Shown here one piece after another: positions 23,727 through 31,104 of a DNA stretch of 31,104 bases (its first letter is position 1; the number at the start of each line of letters is the position of its first letter). Source of the DNA: Octopus sinensis (lineage: Eukaryota); assembly GCF_006345805.1 (NCBI RefSeq), contig NW_021832181.1, positions 1-31,104 of the forward strand, written 5' to 3'. The notes under the pieces were generated by a model, which saw only the letters and a program-made list of their open reading frames with translations, was not told where the DNA came from and did no database searches. The position numbers and the translations under genes are program-made.

Positions 23727-24120
23727 ATCAATTCAAAAAACGGAGAAAAAGAAGACAAGAAAAAACACAACAACGTGAGGACGAAAACACATACAAAGTG
23801 TTATGATGCTCAGAGAAGGAAAAGAGTGGTTGTTTTACGTTTCGAACATAGCTCTTCATCGGAAACAGGAAACATTGGAAGGTTCAAAGGAAAAGGAAGG
23901 AGGAAAAATCGTCAACTGCCCACGTGCAGTTACATACATATATACAAGAGTTACAGAATGGAGTAAATAGGATCCGGGCTATACGTGTTTCACAGCGAGA
24001 GGAACCTTAGAAATGGTAAATATCTAGGCGAGATATATACCGCAGGCTATTCTTCAGGCCAAGAATTAAATGAAAGTTTACATTGCCACAACAAGGAGGT
24101 ACATGTTAACGCATGGAAGA
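23726..24120 (-). mobile_element. (TA)n-flanked element carrying hammerhead-like motif 4
   Basis: Its 3' part resembles 6290-6372 (CTGAGC.TC.ATAACACT..GTCCTC.CGTTGTTG..GATTA). (TA)n lies on both sides. Confidence 0.6.
23831..23867 (-). ncRNA. Minimal hammerhead-like motif 4 (U4C core variant)
   Basis: Minus strand TGTTT-CCGATGA-A-GAGC(TAT)GTTC-GAAAC-GT-A-AAACA. Confidence 0.6.
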
Positions 24121-24123
24121 TTC

Positions 24124-24166
24124 AATATATATAATTATATATATATATTATATTATATAATATATA

Positions 24167-24209
<43 letters not shown>

Positions 24210-24246
24210 ATATATATATATATATATAAATATATTATATAATCTG

Positions 24247-24302
<56 letters not shown>

Positions 24303-24358
24303 TCTATATATATATATATATATATAATATATATAGAATATATATATATATTATATAC
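24124..24358. repeat. Imperfect (TA)n tract
   Basis: Direct reading. Confidence 0.95.
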
Positions 24359-24387
24359 ACATTATAAATAAGGGCAAAAGAAAACAT

Positions 24388-24494
24388 TTCTATATCAATA
24401 TGCTGAGAAATAGACTTTAAAATCACACCACAACATACATCCCTATGAACACACGTTCTGCTGAAAGTCTATTTCTCAACATATTGGCATAGAA
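24388..24494. repeat. Inverted repeat with 31-bp arms (3 mismatches) and a 45-bp spacer
   Basis: TTCTATATCAATATGCTGAGAAATAGACTTT pairs with AAAGTCTATTTCTCAACATATTGGCATAGAA. Confidence 0.85.
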
Positions 24495-25089
24495 TTTTTT
24501 TCTTTTGCTCTTATTTATAATTGTTTATATTTTTCACCTTTAAAGGTATTTTAATACGCTGGCCACATGATAAAAGTTTGGAAGAAATTTCCTTAGTTTT
24601 ACTCTTTCAAACTTCATCCATTTGCCGCTCTCATTTCCTCTATCTATTCTCATTCTTCCATCCATCTGTCTCAGCTTCTCTTTCTTACAACTCAGCCGTC
24701 ATTTTTTTTTTTTTTTGCATCCATACACACACATAGCCAAAACACTAACGCAAAAGCATACTCGCACAAACCGACCCATATTGCACAGCAAACCGTACAT
24801 ATATACATTATACAGGCATACAAGACTCACTCACAAACACACATGTTACATATCTGCCAACTCACCAGTAAAAAGAGACAAACAAAAAAAAAAACGCTTT
24901 TCAGAGGGTCATGATGAATTTCAAATAGAAGATAATAGTGGCTGTCAATGACATTATCTCTCCTGTGGGACAATGAATTATTCAAACGGAACTTCCAAAC
25001 AGTTTTGCTGTCAGCCACTTGTCATTTTATGTTCTGGAAACCCCCACCGGGAACTCACATTTAAAATTTCGACCCGTTTCTTTATCGTC

Positions 25090-25377
25090 ATATTATTATT
25101 ATTTTATTTCATTATATTGATTTTATTATATTATTATTATTATTATTATTATTTATTATTATTATTTTTATTATGTTTTCCTTCTTTCTTCAAAGTTTCT
25201 TCCGTTTCTCGCCGAGTGTTTTCCATACACCTAGGGAAGAGAAGGGCATTGTATGCATTCCATTATTATTATTATTATTATATATTATTATTATTTTATT
25301 ATTATTATATTATTATTATTATTATTATTATCATCATCATCATCATCATCATTATTATTATTTATTATTATTATTTA

Positions 25378-25412
<35 letters not shown>

Positions 25413-25458
25413 CATTATTATTATTATCATTATTATCATTATTATTATTATTATTAAT
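25090..25458. repeat. (TTA)n/(CAT)n trinucleotide tracts
   Basis: Direct reading. Confidence 0.9.
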
Positions 25459-25821
25459 ATTTTATTATCGTTTCTGGTTAATTCATTTCTTTTTATCATT
25501 TAAAAAAAAATTACGGCTTCTTTTTCTTAACAATAATTATATCTATCTATATATCTATTTATGCATTTATTTATACACTGTGGTTGTGATGATCATATAT
25601 ATTGTGAATACCAGTCAAAATGCGTGTTAGGTTCTTTGTTTAAATGTATGTGTGGCGGGTGGGTCATTGTGGGGATTATATATAATATGATATGTGATAT
25701 TCTCTACAAAATAGATTACAAGCGTAATCACATATATACATACGCGCGAGTATATACATAAATTCATTCAAACGTAAATGACAGCATGAAAAATGATATA
25801 CATGCGCAACAATAACTAAAG

Positions 25822-25876
<55 letters not shown>

Positions 25877-25981
25877 CTATGAGTGATTGGTGTATATATT
25901 TATACATACACTAACACCAACACGCATATATAATTATATCTATACACACATATATACACATATATATATACATATAAATAG

Positions 25982-26012
<31 letters not shown>

Positions 26013-26767
26013 CACACATTTATATATATCTACATTAACATATATACTTGTATATCTATAGTTATATCTATCTGTATCATTTTTAATAGTTATTGCCAAG
26101 CTAACATGGCAGTCCAGAAAAATAGGACGAATGCTGCCGTTATTTGCTCCAAGAGGCCATCGCCTCTAGCTAGCTATGTGACACACCAGCCTGTGTTCCT
26201 TATAACCTTCGAACTGGGCGATAACTATTAATATTCAGTACCGTTGCCGTAGTCTCATTTAGGGAGAATTAGAAATAATGATATTTCTATGTATGATTTT
26301 TCTTTTGAGTTTTATTTATGCTCATCTTGAGAGACTTCAGGCCAGTCGCTAACAAAGTGACAAGACTTTTTGAGTTAAAAGAGTTCCCGGTGTTTGTAAG
26401 TATGTGTTTGGGTTGGTGTATTAGTTGAACTGTCTATGCATACACCCAAATGTGCATCTATTCACATAAGAGTCTCAGATGGAGAATTTTTGGAATGTCT
26501 CACAAATATTCACTGTGCCACTAATAGATTACTGATAGATTGTATCTGAAGATTGCGTTAGTTTATTCTGCTCTTTTCCGTGCACCCGAGTTTTTGCGCA
26601 AATTTGTTGGTAAATAATGTAATGCACCTGCGACCATAGGTACAAATGAAAATCAGGGTACAAGAGCTGTAAGTTTCCGCATTAATTCGTCATTAATGTT
26701 CTCGCTTTTCTAGACTTTTGATTGTACATTCACATCCACAGGGCAGCCGACCTTTGCAACTTTGTGT

Positions 26768-26839
26768 GTATGTATGTATGTATGTATGTATGTATGTATG
26801 TATGTATGTATGTATGTATGTATGTTGTATGTATGTATG
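26768..26839. repeat. (TATG)n microsatellite
   Basis: Direct reading. Confidence 0.95.
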
Positions 26840-27325
26840 TCCAGAAGGGAAGGGTCTTCCTTTGATTCTGACATGCAATGTCTGTGCAAGACCCTGCCTC
26901 AGTAAAGCTGGACTCATGAGTCATCTTTGTAGTCATAAAACGAGACAGATGTGTGACAACCTGACAACTGGTGTTGGTGTAACACACCATACTAATCATA
27001 TCTGTCGGGCATATGGAAGAGAGTGTAATTCGGCAGGAGGACTTAAATGACATGCAAAGGTACATGAAGTCCAGTTACAACTACAGCCGGCTATTACCAG
27101 TAAAAGTTTTAGTTGCCAATTTTGTACAAGACATTGTAGATCTTTAGCTGGGCTAAAAAGTCAAATTCGATCACAGCACCAGTAATGTTAAGCTTCGTGC
27201 AATGGCCATACTCGATAACGAGGGGCAGCCATAATGTATGTATGTATGTATGTATGTATGTATGTAGGTATGTATGTATGTATGTATGTTTTTGTATGTA
27301 TGTATGTATGTATATTGTATGTATG
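26840..27325 (+). mobile_element. 5'-truncated RTE-type LINE 3' end with three C2H2 fingers and a (TATG)n tail
   Basis: One frame gives CNVCARPCLSKAGLMSHLCSH, CRAYGRECNSAGGLK*HAKVH and CQFCTRHCRSLAGLKSQIRSQH, with a stop at 27183-27185. A ~50-bp UTR and (ATGT)n follow. There are no TGEKP linkers. Confidence 0.7.
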
Positions 27326-27657
27326 TAATTATATCTATATATATATATATAGATATATATATTATATATATATATATATATTGTTTGATATAGAGAGACA
27401 GAACGAGAGAGAGTGGGGGAAGAGGAGGAAGAGAGAGAAAGAAAGAGAGAAAGTGTCAAATGAGATCTAAAGATTCATCAAAGGTATGACCGTAAACAGT
27501 ACGAGGTATTCCGACGATGCAGCGTTGCGGGCAGGCAACAACAAGAAATTACAAGAGATTGTTGATATTGTAAAAAGTGATAAGATAGAGCTAAATATGA
27601 ATTTAAAGAGAGCAAAAGCAATGGTTGTTAATAAGACAGAACAAAAGGAAGCAAATA

Positions 27658-28186
27658 TTGGGTTGTCCGGAAAGTTCGTGCCGATTTTTAAAGGAAAGAA
27701 AAAGGTCAATAAATACTTGCCATTACATTTTAAATCAACCAAATATGAACCATTGAAAATACCCTCTTCCCAGAATTGAGGTAGTTTCATGGCAAAGAAT
27801 TCATCAAAGTATCTTTTTACGTCATCCAAGAATTGAAATTTTTACCATTAAGACTATTCTGCAGAGACCTGAATAAGTGGAAATCCGAAGGAGCAATATC
27901 TGGTAAATATGGACGGTGGGGCAACACATCCCAGCCGAGCTGCAGCAATTTTTGTCTGGTTCCCAAAGCATCAAGTGCCGAAAATAAACTTTCTTATCTT
28001 CCATTTTAAAGGGTTACAGAATTAACACAGGTTATAGGAACATAAACCTTCTTCCATGAAAAGGTAGCTTAAACTGTGCTCTAAATGGAAGTGTAGTCAA
28101 ATCCTATTTTATGGACTCAACCATGTTCTAAAATAAGTCGAAAGGTAAGCTACTATGAATCGGCACGAACTTTCCGGACGACCTAA
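27658..28186 (-). mobile_element. Internally deleted mariner (MITE-like, 529 bp)
   Basis: ~29-bp TIRs TT(G/A)GGT(T/C)GTCCGGAAAGTTCGTGCCGATT and a TA TSD. The minus strand encodes the N-terminus MEDKKVYFRHLML fused to the C-terminus WDVLPHRPYLPDIAPSDFHLFRSLQN (YSPDLAPSD motif). Confidence 0.95.
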
Positions 28187-28378
28187 TATAAGGGTAGGTG
28201 AACAGAAGCCTAAACAAGTAAAAAAGAGAGTGCATTCTGTAGAAGAGAATAGTGGAAGAATAAACAAGGCCGAAACAATATAAAACGAAAAATATCTTCA
28301 CCTTAAAAACATAACAACACTTCATCTAAAATTGAAGCTTATAAGCGTTTATATTATGCCTATTATCTTCCACGGTAT

Positions 28379-28710
28379 TTAAAAAGACTCCGCCGGTTAC
28401 GACGACGAGGGTCCCAGCTGATACGATCAACGGAAAACAGCTTGCTCGTGTGAAATTAACGTGCAAATGGCTGAGCATTCCACAGAACCGTGTACCCTTA
28501 ACGTAGTTCTCGGGGATAATCAGCGTTACACAGAGAGTGACAAGGCTGACCATTTGAAATACAAGTACAACTCATTTTTGCCAGCTGAGTGGACTGGAGC
28601 AACGTGAAATAAAGTGTCTTGCTCAAGGACACAACGCGTCGCCGGGAATCGAACTCACAACCTTACGATCATGAGCCGAATGCCCTAACCACTAAGCCAC
28701 GCGCCCTCAC
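28379..28710 (-). mobile_element. SINE family B with tail type 2
   Basis: Head GTGAGGGCGCGTGGCTTAGTGGTTAGG..GAGTTCGATTCCC and CORE-like block. Perfect 12-bp TSD CTTCCACGGTAT at 28367-28378 and 28711-28722. Confidence 0.95.
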
Positions 28711-28893
28711 CTTCCACGGTATAGAAACTTAGACACTGTACACAACAATGGAGAACACGATAAAAGCATCTGAAATGTGGATCTCTCGCAGCTTGGGCAA
28801 CATATGCTGGAAAGGTAGGTTAACAATGTTGCAGTAGTAGAAAAGCTGAAAGTCCAAAGACTTCTGGTCTCGAGAATCAATTTTACAATAATA

Positions 28894-29119
28894 TACTCTT
28901 TTACTCTTTTACTTGTTTCAGTCCTTTGACTGTGGCCATGCTGGAGCACCGCCTTTAGTCGAGCAATTCGACCCCAGGACTTATTCTTTGTGTAAGCCCA
29001 GTACTTATTCTATCAGTCTATTTTTGCCGAACCGCTAAGTAACGGGGACCGTAAACACACCAGCATCGGTTGTCAAGCAATGCTAGGGGGACAAACAAGA
29101 CAAAACAAAACACACACAA

Positions 29120-29157
<38 letters not shown>

Positions 29158-29369
29158 TATATATATATATTATATATATATAATATAAATATATATACAT
29201 ATATACGACAGGCTTCTTTCAGTTTCCGTATACCAAATCCACTCACAAGGCATTGGTCGGCCCGAGGCTATAGCAGAAAACACTTGCCCAAGATGCCACG
29301 CAGTGGGACTGAACCCGGAACCATGTGGTTGGTAGGCAAGCTACTTACCACACAACCACTCCTGCGCCT
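28894..29369 (-). mobile_element. SINE family A, full length, inserted in the RTE remnant
   Basis: Colinear with the other A copies. Imperfect TSD TTTTACA(A)TA. Confidence 0.92.
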
Positions 29370-29675
29370 TTTACATACAATTCGCCGCGTGTCACTGCTT
29401 AAGATAGGAAGTGACAATGAAGAGAGACTGCAAAAGGCTTTCAAAGACATTTTTGGATTGACTGTATTAAAGAATGGATTGGAAACAAGAGCCTGCCTAA
29501 TGGCTGAGGATATGTGTGTGTGTGTGTGTGTGTGCGTGTGTGTGTGCATGTATATCTGTATGTATATGTGTGCGTGTGTTTGGATGTATATGTGTGTGTG
29601 TATGCATGTGTGCGCGCGCGCGCGTGTGTTGAAAAGGTTTAAGGGATTTTACATGAGGAAATTTATATATTTATA

Positions 29676-29970
29676 CTAGCAGTATCGCCCGGCGTTGCTC
29701 GGGTTTGTAAGGGAAATAACTATAAAGCATCTTTAGAGAGTTATAGCCAAAAAATAGCAAAAAATGCATTAAAAATGGAAAGAATATGATGGTAAATTAT
29801 TTTAAAAATCGTAGACTCATCGTAGACGCGCGCTAATACCCAGAAGGGCTCGATATGAATCACGACTATAAGATACCCGGTTTTGGTTAAAATGCACCGC
29901 AAAATGTGGGAGTAGTTAGGAATCTAAATCGGAGTAGACAGACACACAACCTTACTTTTATATATAAAGA
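29676..29970 (-). mobile_element. Non-autonomous Helitron (295 bp)
   Basis: The minus strand starts TC and ends CTAG, and the element sits between A and T with no TSD. A GC-rich hairpin CCCGAGCAACGCCGGG (29688-29703) lies 8 nt before CTAG. Confidence 0.75.
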
Positions 29971-30374
29971 TTAAAAACAAAAACAAAGTGCTTTGAGAAC
30001 TTCATTATAAACAAAAGAAGTAAAATATTTTAATTTTTATCAAAATGTGCTATCAGTTTCAAGCAATTTTGAAGCAATTAAGTCACGTTTTAAGAGAAAT
30101 AAAAATACATCGAGCAGTACGTAGCAGTTAGTGGGCGTGGGTGGGCTTGTTGGTTTTCCTGTGATTCTGGGTTAAATTTTTCGATGTCTCTCCCAATGTT
30201 CCATCCTTCAGCGTTAAGGGAGAGTCACTGATTGCTTCTTCGTGTCAATAACATTTGTCATGTTTCCTTGACATATTATGTACCAGCTTCCATAATATTC
30301 GCAGTTGAAAACTTGTGATATTGTCAATGGCGGTTGCGAACGTAGAGATAATACCAGACACAGAGTTGCTGCTG

Positions 30375-30448
30375 TCTTCTTCTTCTTCTTCTTCTTCTTC
30401 TTCTTCTTCTTCTTCTTCTTCTTCTTCTTCTTCTTCTTCTTCTTCTTC
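30375..30448. repeat. (TCT)n/(GAA)n microsatellite
   Basis: Direct reading. Confidence 0.97.
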
Positions 30449-30634
30449 CACCACACGCGATAGACTGGCGGTTGCACGGGCGCGAAATTACGTTGTTATC
30501 CTCATTCCGTAAACGGTAGCTTTTGACGGGTGGAGAGCTGGACCATCCTGGGGTATAGAGGATTCGCAATCTAGACTAGGGTCTGAAAGCTTACCACACT
30601 ATAGTGGGTTACACCATGGTTCCTCTGCTTTGTG

Positions 30635-30838
30635 GCAGAAGTAGGAAGAAAGAGTGAGAGAAAGTTGTGGTGAAAGAGTACAGCGGGGTCTACAGAAGTT
30701 CGCCATTACCTTCTGCCGGAGCCGCGTGGAACTTAGGTGTTTCGCTCATAAACACACACATCATCCGGTCTGAAATTCGAACCTGTGATCCCTCGACCGC
30801 GAGTCCACTGCTCTAACCACTAGGCCATGTGCCTCCAC
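30635..30838 (-). mobile_element. tRNA-derived SINE related to the family B head, apparently 3'-truncated
   Basis: GTGGAGGCACATGGCCTAGTGGTTAGAGCAG..GGTTCGAATTTC (A and B boxes), followed by a distinct body. Confidence 0.75.
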
Positions 30839-31072
30839 TTCAAAGAAATATGCGGGGATTTAATTATTAGCAAATTTATATCATATGTTTTGTCTATGTC
30901 TGTGAGTTTATTCCCTATATGCTGTAAAGGAAGGAAGCTCTGGACGATACCGCCATATGTTGACGCAATAGATAGGATGTGTTGAGTGAGCTGTCATCAC
31001 CTTAGAGACACCGAGATAGGGTCAGTTAACTTTATTATTCTCGCGCACTCATACTTTCCCTCACTAGCATAA

Positions 31073-31075
<3 letters not shown>

Positions 31076-31104
<29 letters not shown>
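31076..31104. repeat. (ATCT)n microsatellite, runs off the window
   Basis: Direct reading. Confidence 0.95.

Larger units (their letters stand above)
27465..29505 (+). mobile_element. Decayed RTE LINE RT/C-terminal fragment split by three insertions
   Basis: Pieces: RYSDDAAL..KLQEIVD (27486-27657); IRVGEQK..RINKA..IMPIIFHG (28189-28378); IET*TL..SEMWISR..ICWK (28723-28880); WIDCIKEWIG (~29450-29490). They are colinear with RTE motifs YADD, LYGSETW, EMW and WxDxIKEWTG. Confidence 0.8.

Noticed and set aside
26840-27185. Functional host C2H2-ZNF exon
   Set aside because: It has an in-frame stop, lost ligands, no TGEKP linkers and a retroposon-like tail. A LINE remnant is more parsimonious.
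28640-28710. tRNA-Met/Arg-like gene (likewise 8877 and 30770-30838)
   Set aside because: The acceptor stem is imperfect and the sequence continues into a SINE body. The 8877 and 28379 copies also have TSDs. These are SINE heads, not tRNA genes.

Overview
Repeat-saturated, AT-rich animal DNA with no confirmable host gene. It is probably intronic or intergenic DNA of an octopod cephalopod, inferred from tRNA-derived SINEs resembling the Octopus OK/OR families as I remember them; no database was checked. Nearly all supplied ORFs are microsatellite artefacts. Mobile elements: 7 copies of a ~420-480 bp tRNA/CORE-like SINE (family A); a tRNA-like SINE that occurs as monomer, dimer and trimer inside single TSDs (family C); further tRNA-headed SINEs with swapped tails (family B); a 5'-truncated CR1/L2-group LINE whose 3' end matches the family A tail; an old RTE LINE split by three nested insertions; an RTE-type triple C2H2 3' fragment; an internally deleted mariner; a non-autonomous Helitron; and a probable solo LTR. 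Other repeats: two foldback hairpins, two minisatellites and many microsatellites. The most interesting signal is four short (TA)n-associated elements, each carrying a minimal type I hammerhead-ribozyme-like motif with covarying stems and a palindromic ACGU stem III, like the dimer-cleaving hammerheads of Penelope-like elements.
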